From NCBI GenBank assembly GCA_016748015.1, contig JAAOMT010000768.1, positions 30,079 through 94,078 of the forward strand: DNA of 64,000 nt, given 5' to 3'. The notes below the pieces were generated by a model, which was given only the letters and a program-made list of their open reading frames with translations, did no database searches and was not told the origin of the DNA. Both the position numbers and the translations under genes were made by a program. Positions 11,301 through 23,893 of this stretch are shown piece after piece. The DNA comes from Geosiphon pyriformis uo1 (taxonomy: Eukaryota; Fungi; Glomeromycota). How positions within the stretch are numbered: the stretch's first letter is position 1; each line of letters begins with the position of its first letter.

Positions 11301-14300
11301 GGTAAGTAATAATACTTCCAGCTGATCCACTGTCTAAGATTAACTGAATTGGTTTTCTTTCAACTTCTGCTTCAGTATATATTGCTGTAATTGTTTTTTG
11401 TTCATTGACTGCTGTATTGCTAAGCAAAAATGGTGATTCATTGGCTTCAAATTCGAATGGAAAGATATCTAAAAGGTTAAATTTTGGGCAATTTGGGCTG
11501 ATGGAATGGTGTTATTGGAAGGGTTTGATCTTGGTGCTGCAACTTCACCTTTAAAAAGTGCAGGTTGTTGAAAATTCGATTCTTCAGGCATTGTAAGATA
11601 ATTGGATTGAATGTGATAGTAAATGGGTCTTTGCTGATCAGAAGTTCAGAGAACTAACTGATTATTTGGGTTGATTTTGTTGTTGTTATTCTGAAATTGA
11701 TTTTGGTGTGAATTGGTTATGTTGAACCAATTTTCTGGCTGGTACTTGATATTGTTGAATGAGTGGTATCTGATATTGCTGAATTGGTAAAGGTTGTTGA
11801 TATTGTTGTTGAATTGGTTGTGTAGCTGGTTAATAGTAACTGCTTTAATTTTGTGGTCTTAGTAAATAATAAGTTGGTAATAAAGGTTGGTAATAAAATT
11901 GTTGTGGTGAAAAATAATATTAATTACTTCTGTTTTGTTGGTTTCTCTGTAATTTTCTGCAATCTTATTTCCAGTATCCTGAGATTTCACAATAATGACA
12001 ATTTTGAGATTGGTTGTTAGATGGAGATCCAAAATTGTTTTGGTTGCATTGTTATGATGGTTGATATCTTTATGGTTGTTGCTGCTGTTATTGTTGGTTT
12101 GTAAAGTAGTTCTCAACCTTTTTTGTGAGTTGGTCTATTTTTTTTTAACTGCTGAGCTGGTTTTTCCAATAGTTAGGTTGACAAATTTAGTGTGATTGGC
12201 TTCTTCTATTGTCATTTCATAGTTTTTTGCATGTTTAATGGCAGTTGCTAAGTCTGCTGGTGCATGTGGACAAACTTTTTTAATTAATTTGTCTTTTAAT
12301 TCTGCTATAAACTGATCCAGAATCTGAGCATTGGAATAGTAGTTATTGGTTTCCAATTGTTGAATTTGACAAAGAAGTTTGTTAAATCTCCTAAGATAAG
12401 TCATAACAGTTTCAGATGTTTCTTGCTTAATATTACAAAAGTGATTGCAGAGAGTAATAGAAGTGTTGTTGTCAGTAAATTGTTGTAAGAAAGCATTTTT
12501 GAATGCTTGCCAGTTTTCAAATAGTTCTTCTAAGTTTTCAAACTATTCTCTTGCAATTTTTTGGAGAAAGTATGGGATTGCTTTAAACATTTTTGCTGCA
12601 TTCTAACCATTTGCATCTCTTGCTTTTTGAACTTTGTCAAGCCATTTTTGAGAGCTGGTATTATTATCTTCACCAGTAAATTCTGGGATTTTTGCAATAT
12701 AAGCAGTTGTCATTTCTTTTTTGTTTTCTGTAGTTTCTTCTGGTTCTAATTTGGTTTCTTCACTTTCCAGATTTTCTGAATGATTACTTTTGTTTTTCTG
12801 TAAGTAATCAAGAAGATTAGTGTTGATTAATATTAGTTCCTGCTGTTAAGTAGGATTTTTAGGTGACTGAAAATCTTCTGGTCTGAAAAAATGGTTAAGT
12901 GGTGAATTTGGTGTTTGTGGTCGAGTAAATGAAATTGGAAATAGTGTAATAAAAAGTGGTAATTTGATACTGATTCCTTGTTCAGATATTTGTAAGTATT
13001 TGGCAGTTGTCTTTGGGGTCTTTGGAGTATTTGAGATGATACTTTAGTGTTGTTTCAGTTTTTGTTTGCTTTTGTTGCTTGTTTCTGTCTCTGATTCAAA
13101 ATCAATAGAGTATTTAAACTGTACTGGATATGTTTTTTTACAATACTTGATAATATTAAAATTAAGTTCTTAAAAGTAGGTGGCAAGTATTTCACTGTTA
13201 AGGTCTTCAGTTTCCAACTGTGAATAGTGCACTAAATTATTGTAAAGGTTGTTTTTAACTTCGGAAATGTTGTAATTTTCAAGAAGATAATTGTTGATGC
13301 AGTTTTTAATATACTGGTAAAGTGTCTTTTTAACAATTTCAATTCCATCTGGAATGTTGAATCTCTGTTTACAATGGGTGTAAATTGACTGATAATATTC
13401 TAGAATTGTTGTGTCTGGTGTGGTCACTACTTTGAAGTTGTTATTGCTGTGTTATTTCTGTGGAAGAAGAGCACCAAATGTTACCAGAGGTTTTTGGTCT
13501 CTTTTATTGAATACTGTTAATGTTTGTTTGTTGCTAATTTCACGTTTTCTGGAAGCAATTAAACCTCCAATAACTGAATTTGTCTTCAAATTATCTCCTA
13601 TAATTTGAACTGCTGGGCTTATAAGTGAAATGGCCAATTCTGTACCAGTTATTTTGTGTAGTTACATTGTAGTAAACATTAACTCTTTCCCAAGAATTGC
13701 TTGTTTGAAAGCTCACTAAAAATGTGTAGTTACTTTGCTATGAAAGTCAATTCTTTTACAGGAATCTTATTTGGAGGCTATCCTAATGATTATAATAAAA
13801 AAATAAAAAATAAATAAAAGAAGTGTAAAAGAAATAGAATTTTGTCAAAGAAAACGTTTTCTATCCTGGCCTGGAGTCACTAACAAATTACTAAAATTAG
13901 TAGCTAATCAATTTTGAAATGTTAGTTGTATTAAGGGAATTTCAAGTGTAATAATCAAAGGATTTTGTTTTTCAAATATTTAATTTTTATTTGAGATGTG
14001 TAAAAGATAATTTGTTTTAATTAAGATATCTAAAGTAAGATATTATGGTAAAATACTATAAAAAGATACATTTTTTTGAAGAGAGAAGCTCTTTTTTTAT
14101 ACAACTTGTTATAGTACTAGTCTTTGAACTTGCACTTTTCTCTTTGCTACAATTTTGGGTAAACTAAAGATATATTTTGGCAAACTACAAGTTATTTTAC
14201 TGAACTATTGATTATTTTGGCCAATTTTCATTAATTTCGGCCAATTTTAACTATGTTAAATGGTTTAGGATATTGTGTAATTTGATCATCTTAATTTTTA

Positions 14301-14453
14301 TTATACAAATCAGATTATTGATTAAGTAATAATATTTGATAATTTGATTAAATAATAAGTAATAATCAAAATAATAATAATATATGCTAATTAATAATAA
14401 GAATTATGAGGATAATTTTATGTTAATTAATAGCTAAAATTCTATTAGTAACA
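8327..14453 (-). mobile_element. Ty3/Gypsy element B (family 1 subfamily), interrupted in pol by insertion of A
   Basis: Minus-strand 5' LTR, PBS, gag, protease, Cys-rich insert, dUTPase (~9657-10050) and RT. It stops at GFSEIAKS exactly at the end of A's LTR. Confidence 0.92.
13479..14453 (-). repeat. 5' LTR of B
   Basis: Plus strand reads TGTTACCAGA...TAGTAACA; reverse complement aligns to A's LTR; PBS TGGTGCTCTT.. lies at 13476 downward. Confidence 0.9.
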
Positions 14454-15110
14454 TTATGCTTTTTCCTGCTCATTTGATTCTAATGTTTGTGTTCAGTTGC
14501 TAAACACCTATGTAGCTAATTGGAGGGTAATTTCTGGTCTGTCTTGCTCAGTTTTGTGTATATTACAGTATTTAAGTTTCTGTTCTTCTAATATTGTCAT
14601 GTGTGTGGCTTTGAACAAGAGTTTTGTTTTCAATAATTGGTATCAGAAGTTCTTTTCTATTTTCAAAGATTCTAAAATTGCAAATCAGACAGTTGTGGAC
14701 TTTGTATGTAAATTTGGCTTTGTATTTAGAGAGGAGATTTGGTTGGCTTGTGTCAAACACCAGACATTTATGGAGAAAAATGGTTTAATCCCACATAATG
14801 AGTCTGTTCTGGTCTTAGTATCTGGGCTTTTTTCAGTGTTTTCTGCCAGTATTGTTAAATTGCTGGGTATTGCTAATACTTTTAGTATTAGTTTTGGTTT
14901 TTGTAATTCTTGTTGGTTTTTTTCAGGTTTAAATAGTATGGTTTTAGTTCATATAGATACAAAGTGTTGTTTTAATTAGCCTAAGTAACTAGTTATGTGT
15001 GAAAAATGCATGATTCACACTTAGTTTATATTACTAAGTTGATATATTATACTAGGTAGTAATTGGATCTTACTTGTTAAATAATATAAAAAAAATAAAA
15101 ATAAAAAAAA
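14454..15110 (+). mobile_element. 3' remnant of a non-LTR (LINE) element, target of B
   Basis: Starts at YAFSC (likely decayed end of the C-terminal zinc knuckle), then a LINE ORF2-like C-terminus (14497-14979), the shared 3' tail and an A-rich end. Confidence 0.65.
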
Positions 15111-15309
15111 ATTGAATATTAATTTTATTAAAAAATAGTTAATTATTAATCTTAAATTTTTGTATAATATTTTTACAAATTTCAGATAATTGGATTTTAA
15201 ATTTTGTTTTTGTTTATTTTTATTGAATAATTATTAAAAATGCTTTTATTTTTTATAGATTATATCTTATCAAAAATATTAAATATTACAAATAATTATA
15301 TAATATATT

Positions 15310-15465
15310 ATTTTTTTTTATTAACAATATTTAACGAGCATAGCTCAACTGCTATCTAGTACATAGAACCAAACTAAGAGACTCAAACTAAATGCAGTTC
15401 ACACACTTTCTACATGTGGCTAGCCACTTAGACCAGACAAGACAACACTACACACCGATATTAAC
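15310..15465 (-). mobile_element. Extremely 5'-truncated LINE copy (3' tail only)
   Basis: Reverse complement aligns with the tails at ~14955-15085, ~21275-21390 and ~57705-57840; T-run at 15311-15319. Confidence 0.6.
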
Positions 15466-15977
15466 ACTTGGATTAATATATTAAATCATAAATTGGTATT
15501 TTTAATTAATAATAAGATTTAAAAAATTTAGTATTTGAAAATTTTAAACTAATAAAGTTTTTTGTATAATAGACAAAAATTTTTTAATACAGTAACCAGT
15601 TTATTTTGGTGTTTTTACTTTTTTAGTAAATAATTAAGTTAATTTTACATGTATTTTTATGTTTTTTATTAAACAATTTTTAATATTATAATTTTAGTGG
15701 TTTTTTTTAAACAATTAATAAATAACAAAAAAAATAAAAAAAATAAAAAATTAATGTTTTATTAATAATCATAATTAAAATTATTGTTTTAATAAGATTA
15801 ATTAATTAAAAAATTTTCTTATTATATATACATAAATTTTTAATAATTTTTATACTTTTTTAAATAATTTTTAATATATAATTGGCTAATTTATGCTATA
15901 TTCAATTATTAATTATTTTTTTTTTATAAATAATAATATTTACTTTAAATTTATATAATCAATTTATATCAAAGTAT

Positions 15978-18161
15978 TCAGTATTCTTTGTTCCATGCAC
16001 AAAGATTATAATGTTTAGTTTCTTTTGATCCTGCCAATACCCACTTTACAAGATGCAAATCATGGCTTTTTTCTATTTTTTTGTGAAGCCCAACATCATG
16101 ATGCCAGTTAATATATTGATTTAAACTTTCTGGATATTTAGCTTCTTCAACGCTCCCAGCCCAATCAAAATCAATAAGTTTTACATCATTAGTTGGTCCA
16201 AGGAGAATGTTAGGACCACGAAGATCTCCATAAACAAAGCCAAAATTGTGGAGCATGTTTACTGCATCCAGAATAGTAGTCTGCATGGTCTCGCGCTCGT
16301 TACCTGAAACCTTATCGAGATGTGAATAACATTGCAAGTATTCCATGATCACCAAACTCCAATCATCAAGTTCCTCAAAGTACAAAATCTTGGGAGCAAT
16401 CCCCTGACCAGAGCATGCATCGTGAGCTTTTTTGCAGTATCGAGGAGTGAATTTAACAACGACTTTTTGATTAGATCCATCTAAATCTGCTTCGGCAAGC
16501 CAGAGGTTTTTATCTTCTATCCTTGATACATAGCATAAATTTTGAAGACTTTCAATCTGAGTTGGGAAACGAGGAAAAGGCCCATTGCAAACCATTTTCG
16601 GGGTGTCTTGATTATTGGAAAGAGCAGTGTAGTATTCTTGAAGATCTTGCAGACAAGTAACAAGAGCAGAAATCGCACGGCATGCCATCCTAGCTGTGCA
16701 GCAATCATAGAACGTCATGTCAAGGGGGATAGCCGGAGTAAGTTTGTCTATACAATGGTAATCGCTTAGGATAGCACCGCTGATTGTGAGTTCTTGGCCT
16801 AAACAAAATGCTTTAATAACTACCAATACCATTAAAAGATGGAAACACAAAAATTTTTTTACCGTTCAAAGTAACCAGAAAAGATGGGTAACACGTGCGT
16901 CCACTATATTGCTCATTTGCCTTCCAAGTGAGATCGATGAACTTAACATAATAAGCTGCATTCTGTAAGTAAGAACAATTCCTCGTTCCCCAGTCCGTCT
17001 TCACCTCCAGGTTAAGAAGGAGAAACTCTGTGCCAGAAACTCTCTTGATAACCGTGCCCTCAGTCTCATACCCGTTACTGTGGTAATTTTCTATTGTCAA
17101 TGCTGGATTCAGATCTGTGAGGATATGAGTCAAAAATTTCTTGAAGAGGTTTTCTTGAGTTTTCTCCGTAGTTTCGAGACGCGATAATTGGGGCGAGAGC
17201 TCTCGGATGAGCTCCGCATATTTCTTTTCGTTGTTGGAAAGTGTAGGGGTATCGTTGTAAAATAAATTTCGGAATTTCTCGAAAACCTTGCAATAGAATC
17301 TGATTGGGATGTCAGAACGACTCATGGGTCTGTGATGGCGAATCCTTTTCTCTTGGACAGTATCGACAAAACTTGACGAAGAGTAGTTGCTAGGTGATAT
17401 ATTTTTAAGAAGGCTAACATTTTTCTCCCTCTCCTCGAATACTAGAAGAATGTAGATTTTGAACAGGTCAAAACTTCAATCTCTGCAAATTAATATCCTG
17501 TCCCAACTCACCCTTCCGACGCTTATTAACGTTGTCTAGCTCGGGAGATAGTGAGCGTGAACGTCGAATTTCTGGGTGATTGCAGTGAGAAAAATGAGAT
17601 GGCGAGGGAAAACAGACGCATTATGGTAGATGATTTAAGTGATAAATAGTTCGACAGTGGTTAAACCGCAACGAAACAGGCCGTGAGCGACATTAATAGA
17701 AAGGCATTATTTAAACAAGGAAGATAAATGAGACAATTAAGAAACAAGATGACAGTAATAAACAGGTAGATTTATATCTGCAAACAGTTATTTCATGATA
17801 GCGATAATTGCAAGCATAAAGGACATTATCGTATTACTAAACTCTATTCTATATACGCTGTCTACTCTAACTCTGTCCCCAACACCCAAGTCACAAAGTT
17901 GTTACCTGTCTTAGTTGTTTCTAGCAATGCATTTTGGAATCTTTGGACCTGCGCCTTCCACTCATTTTTCTCTACTTTTAAATCATTTGCATCTTCTTCC
18001 AACTCTTCCTTTTCTTCTATCCATGCCTCTTTTTCATCACTGTCCGTCCACTTTTGTCCTCTCAGATTCTTCTTTAATTCACTTAACCTATCTAGCTTCT
18101 CCACGCATCTCCTATACTCGGTCTTAGCGTCTTCTAATTCACGTTTAATATCTTCAGACAT
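15978..18161 (-). CDS. Crinkler-like protein, ~571 aa: coiled coil, PD-(D/E)xK nuclease-like domain, kinase. Exons 18161-17906, 17571-17512, 17441-16863, 16798-15978
   Basis: Three GT-AG introns, all phase 1, give one open frame. Nuclease-like TEG..LEVK..LQNAAYY; kinase VVVKF, YGDLRGPNILL, LIDFDWAG; basic NLS-like exon 2 (RRSRSLSP..NKRRK); CpGs retained. Confidence 0.85.
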
Positions 18162-19089
18162 GGTGTTTTGCGTGTTTGTTATGGTTTGGGAAAATATGGC
18201 CTAATATATGTTTGGTTCGTGTCAATGACGTTTCAGATCTTTGATTTATCAGTATAAATTTACTATTTAAGTAACAAACCCGCCTTTGTTAAATTACAAC
18301 AATAATCAGAGTTTTTACTATATAATATAATTGTTTTTTTAATAATTATTGTATTATGCAATATTCATTAAATTATTTGTTTTGTTAAATTAACATTATT
18401 ATTGTTTTATATATTTTAATATTGAATAAAATTCGTTTTATTATTTTAAAATTAAAATAATTGTGAGTTTTAAAATTGGAAAAAATTAAACCAGTATTAA
18501 ATATATTTAATTTATTATTTTGTATATATTAAACTTATTAAATAAAAGTTTATATATTTTAATTTGTAAATAAAACAAATTTAATAATGCTATTTTTTAT
18601 GTATTAATTAAATTAAAACTTAAAATATGTACCAAAAATATTAATTATACATTTTTTATATGTAATCAGTAATTTAAACTTATACTAAGATATATATAAA
18701 TTAAAAAAAAAACTATTTGTTTTTATTTTAATTTAATTTTTTATTTTTATATATTAAAGTTTTAATAACTTTATTATTACTTTTATATTAATAGTTTATA
18801 TTTTTACAAAATTATTAATTAATAATTTTTATTTTTATTAATAAATTTATTATTTTTATTATTTAAAAAATATATTATAATTTTTTATTAATTTTTAAAT
18901 AATATCAATAATATATTTAATTTAAAAAAACTTAAATATTTAATATTAAATAAAACTATTTTTAATAATTAATAAAAAAAAAGTAATTTAAATTATTAAT
19001 ACATTAATATATTTAACTATAAATTTATTAAATAAGTCAAGTTTTTAAGTAAAATTCCAAAAATTTTATTTTAAAATTAAGCAAAAAAA

Positions 19090-21420
19090 AAGTTTTTATG
19101 TTTTTGGTTATATTTTTATAATTATTTTACACTTTTTGTCTTTTTAATTTTATGATCATAATTAGAACAAAAAATAAAGAAGCTGTATCTAATATCTGTT
19201 CTGAGATATTTAATAAAATTTCAACCAAAAAAGCTTTTTCTGTTGTGGAAGCAACCAGGCAAAACGTATTAGAAATCTTTCTTTTACTTAATAATCATAA
19301 AAAACTGCTTTTGGTAGTTATTGAAGCAACTTCCTCATCTTTAGCTGGTTTTTTACCAGTCAAAATTCTTTCAAAGAGATATACTTAAATTAGTTTTAGT
19401 GTTGTCTCTACCCCAACTAAGAATCCAAAAGTTTTTAATAATAAATTAATCAATAAGCTGGTTTTTTTTTCTTTAGTTTTAATATCTGGTGCTGTTAGTA
19501 CCATCTCTTCAAAAAATAGTCAAAAAAACCAAAAGTTTAGATAAATAAAAGCAGTTATTTGCCTTTGCTATTATTATACTGAATTCTTTTGTAGTTCTCA
19601 ATAAGATCTTAAATGAGATCTTTATAATATTATCTAGCATATTATTCAAAATAGACCAAGATTAATCACTGGTTATATTGTCAAATATAGTGTTTTTTGG
19701 TAGATTATTACTGGTTTTAGAAGCAAAACAATTATCTTCTGTAATATTATCTGTTCTTGAAAACTGAACTAATCAAATAAAAACTGAATTATCTTCTTTT
19801 CTGGTTTCTGGTACTGTCTCTGGTGGTGCTTGGAAAACTATTACTAGTTATCAAAGATTTGCTGAGTAGATGACCTCTATTTTGGTGTTTGGTATTATTT
19901 TTAAGATTAAATTGGCTTATATTAAAGCTGTTTTTCAGTCTGTATATGGTTTTTTGAGCATAAAGTTAATATTAAAAGATAATATGAAGCTTTTTTGTAT
20001 AAAGTTTGCTTCTTAAGTGTCTTTAAAAGCTACATTTTTGGTTGAGTTTACAAGTTTTGTTCATTTAATTACTCTTAAAATTGCTAAGTCTTTGGGGTTT
20101 CTGAATCTAGTTTTTCTTATGCTGCTGTTGTACTATGTGATATGCCTTTGGGTGTGTCTGCTATTGACATTAAAACAGTTCTTAATATATTTGATAGTAT
20201 TACTTGTATTATACTAAAGTCTGCTAGTATTTGGCAATATGTAGTTGTTTATTTTGAAAAGTTAGATTCTGCTATATCTGCTTTGAATTATTAGTTAGTT
20301 TTGGTAGACAAAAATAGTATTAGAATCCTCTTCTTGGTAAATCAGAATAAGACTATTTTGTTTTATAATAAGTTTAAGACCAAACTGGTCAACCTTTTTT
20401 CTGGCTGTACTGCCTTTTAAATTAGTAATATAATCTCTTAGGTGATAATCAGATGTGTTTTATTCTTTAGTTTTCTGATTCTGGTTATTATTTTTGGTTT
20501 GCTCTGATTATGTTTGGTTCTCAAATTGATTTGGATTCTGCTGTTATTAAAATTAGTACACTGAAAAAGTGCCATATTTGGTAAAAGACTTCTGGTTGCT
20601 GGTGCTGTTTTATATGTCAAAAAATAAGTCATTTGGCTGTGAACTGCAAAGTGTCTCCACTTTTTTTCTTTAAGGCTTCCAAGATATTCAAACTACATTT
20701 TGTGAGAACTGTTTTTTATGTTAAAGCCTCTGTTTCTTTTGACTCTTCTGAGTTTTTTTTTGATAGCTTTGACATCTTTTTCTGTAGCTGTTGGTGATCC
20801 TTTGGTTTTTTCTCAGTTAGCTTCTCTGAAAGCTGATTTGGCTAAGCTTTCTGTTTTGGTTGAGTCTATTGTTAAGCTAGTTGGTTTTTTAATCAAAACA
20901 TTTAAACAATTCATTAATAGAGATTTGGTTTCAAGTAGTGCTCTTGGTCTTAAAATTAATGAGGTTTTGGTGCATATGAGTTTCTTTAATAAGACTTTTA
21001 ATAAGCTAAAAAGAGAAGTAGTTTCTTTAAAAAAAAGAGTACTGTATAGATAATATTGATATGTCTAATAATTTGGTGTATCTAATTGGCTTGAATAATG
21101 ATACATTTTCTAATTTAATATCTTTTTGGGCTCATGAGCTTGTTCATATCAAAACTAATCTCTTGAAAATAGCTGAATGGCTAGTTGAATTGGTTTCTAG
21201 TAGTGTTACTTTGTTTAATATTGTTCAAAAAATGTTATTTTTGGATAAATTTTCTTCTGTTGTATTAATATAATATAGCCTAAACTGGCTTGAATAGCTG
21301 GTTATATGTAAAAAGTACATGAGTTTCATCTAATTTAGAATACTTAGTTTGTTTTAAAGTATTAGATAAAAGTTGGGTCTTATTTGTTAAACTTTAATAA
21401 AATAAAAATAAAAAATAAAT
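19090..21420 (+). mobile_element. Decayed ORF1-only non-LTR element with LINE-type 3' tail
   Basis: Fragmented frame 19152-21273 with CFICQKISHLAVNC (CX2CX4HX4C) at 20606-20647 and a coiled-coil C-terminus. It is followed directly by the shared tail and an A-rich end; no RT or endonuclease is visible. The 5' boundary is approximate. Confidence 0.6.
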
Positions 21421-23009
21421 TTATTTTACAAAACAATAATTTTTTGGTTTTAAAATTAACAATTATTATTAATATTAATATAATTAAAAAAATCAGCAAA
21501 AAAAACTACTTATAATTTTACAAATAGTATCTTTATATAAAAATCTAAAGTTTTAATTAAAAATATTAAGTATTTAAATAATAAAATAAATTTAACTTTA
21601 AAAATACTTTTAAATAATAATAATACTAAATAGTTTGAAAATATAAAAACTAATTTTGTAAAAAAAATCAAAATTTTTTTCAAAAATTAATATTAATTAT
21701 AAAACAAAAATAAGATTTTTTTAAACTTAATTAAATATTTCTAAAACTAAAAAGATAAATACAAACAAAATAATAATTTTTTTATTTAGTATTATTGTTT
21801 TTAACATAAATAAAAATAAAATTTATTTTTTATTTTTATATTCTATTGCTTTAAAATCTAAATAATTAAATTTAAAAATTGTTATAAAATTTTTTTTTGC
21901 TTTAAATATTAATCTATTAACAATTAAAAAAACACAATTTTTATAAATTAAAAATACAATATTTTTATACAAAGAATTACAATATTTATTATATTAAAAT
22001 TATATAAAAAGAATCATATTATTAAAGTTAATTTAATAAATATTAATTAAAATAAAAGTTTTATAATCAGCTTAATTATAATTAAATTATGATACTATTT
22101 AATTAAAAATCCAAATAAATACAAAAAAAATTTAGTAAACTAAAAAATACTAATAAAAATTAAGAATTAATATCTGTAATTTAATAATAATAAATTTTAT
22201 TATATTTAAAAAATTTTATATATCTTTATTTAAATAATTTAATATTTTAAATTTGTAATTATTATTTAAAAATATTATTAAAAAATATAATTAGTTCATT
22301 TGCTTTTAATTATATTAATTATTATTATAATTAATATTATTAATAATTAATATTTTAAATCAAGTTATTTAAATTTAATTATATATATTATTAATTTTTA
22401 AAAAAATAATATATTAAATAAATTTATTAAATTAATTAATTTAATTAGTAATTTACTTAAGAATAATAATTAATCTATTAATATTATATAATATAAATCA
22501 ATAATACATAAAACCAAAACAATTTTGTTATACTTAAAAATAATTTAGTTACATAACTAATCATATATACATAAAAATTATATTATTTAATAATCTGGAA
22601 TCTTAAATGACTACTTTTATAAAATTTAAAATATAGCTATTTTTCTAACAAAAACTTTATTTAATGTAAAATAACATTTGTGGTTCCAAATATAAGAATT
22701 AAATTTATGATTTTAAAAATAAATTTATTGGTTTTTATTATGAAGTTAACTTTTTCAAGTTTAAAAACATGTAAAAAACTCAACTTATTATTTTAATTCA
22801 TTTTTATATTGCTTATTTTTGACTTTAATTATTATTGAAAAGCTTTCATTTAAATTAAACTACAATGTTGTTTTTGTTATTTGTGTCAAAAATAATTTAT
22901 TATATTGTAATATCCATTCTTAAATTTTTGAGATTTTTGGTATTTTATCTGATTTTAGTTCACTATTATCTACAAATTTTTTTAATTTATTATTTATTTT
23001 TTTAGCTAT

Positions 23010-23893
23010 TATTACTCATAAAAATTTAGAAATTCTTAATAAGAATATAAAATAGCCAATTAAAAAGAGGCATAATAAGAAAAAAATTTCAAAATTCCTT
23101 TCAAAAAATTTCAGAAATTTAAGATTCTTTTTAAAAAATTACAAAATTTCAGAAATTCTAAGATTTCTGGTTAAAAAAATTAAAAAATTCAAGAAATCTC
23201 ATATAATATTAAATATATATATATAATAAGAGTGTTAAAAGCAGAAAAAAGCAGAATTCAGTTCAAAATCAATATTTTTAATCAATAAATTATTTCATAT
23301 CTCTTTCTTTAACAATAATTTTCTACAATCTAAAGTGAAATCAAATCACATATAAATAAAATATTAATTATTATCCGAATTTATGCTATCATTACTTGAT
23401 TAAAATATCTTAAAAAAATCATTTTTAATCTATTAACACTTTATGTTGATAAAATCCAATACTTAATTATATTAAACCAATAGCTCTTAATTGTAATTAT
23501 TAATAGAATACTAATTTTTTATTTTTATTTTTTTTTATTTTTTTTATTTTTTTTATTTTTATTTTTTGTTTTCATTGTTGTTTATTAAACTGATTAAAAA
23601 ATTATCACATAGAATTATTGACATTAAAGAAACTGGTAAAAGACCCAGAAATAAGAATAAACACTCAGAATTAAAAATAGCTTATCAGAAAGAACTGGTC
23701 ATTAAGCTGAAAAAAAAATATACTTCTGAGAGAATACTAAAACAACTATTGAATTTCTGTTCATTATATAAAAGACTCAAACCAAAACTTTCAGATCACA
23801 AAAATTTTCAGATATTATCAACTATACTAGTTATTAAGCACTAAATTACAAGTTTTTTATTTGTTTTAATACTCCAAATAATTATCTGTAATA
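23010..23893 (+). repeat. Solo LTR related to family 2
   Basis: Ends TATTACTCATA...ATCTGTAATA; aligns to the reverse complement of 31138-32040; flanked by CTAT/CTGT (4-bp TSD with one G>A). Confidence 0.8.

Noticed and set aside
17862-18161. 99-aa coiled-coil ORF as a separate gene; likewise 16813-17325 and 15978-16850
   Set aside because: They splice in phase into a single gene.
21420-22560. Extremely AT-rich tracts (also 18300-19080 and 62744-64000) as centromere or origin
   Set aside because: No periodicity or specific motif; consistent with terminally decayed repeats.
23566-23844. 92-aa ORF
   Set aside because: Lies inside the solo LTR, starts at TTG and has no recognisable motif.
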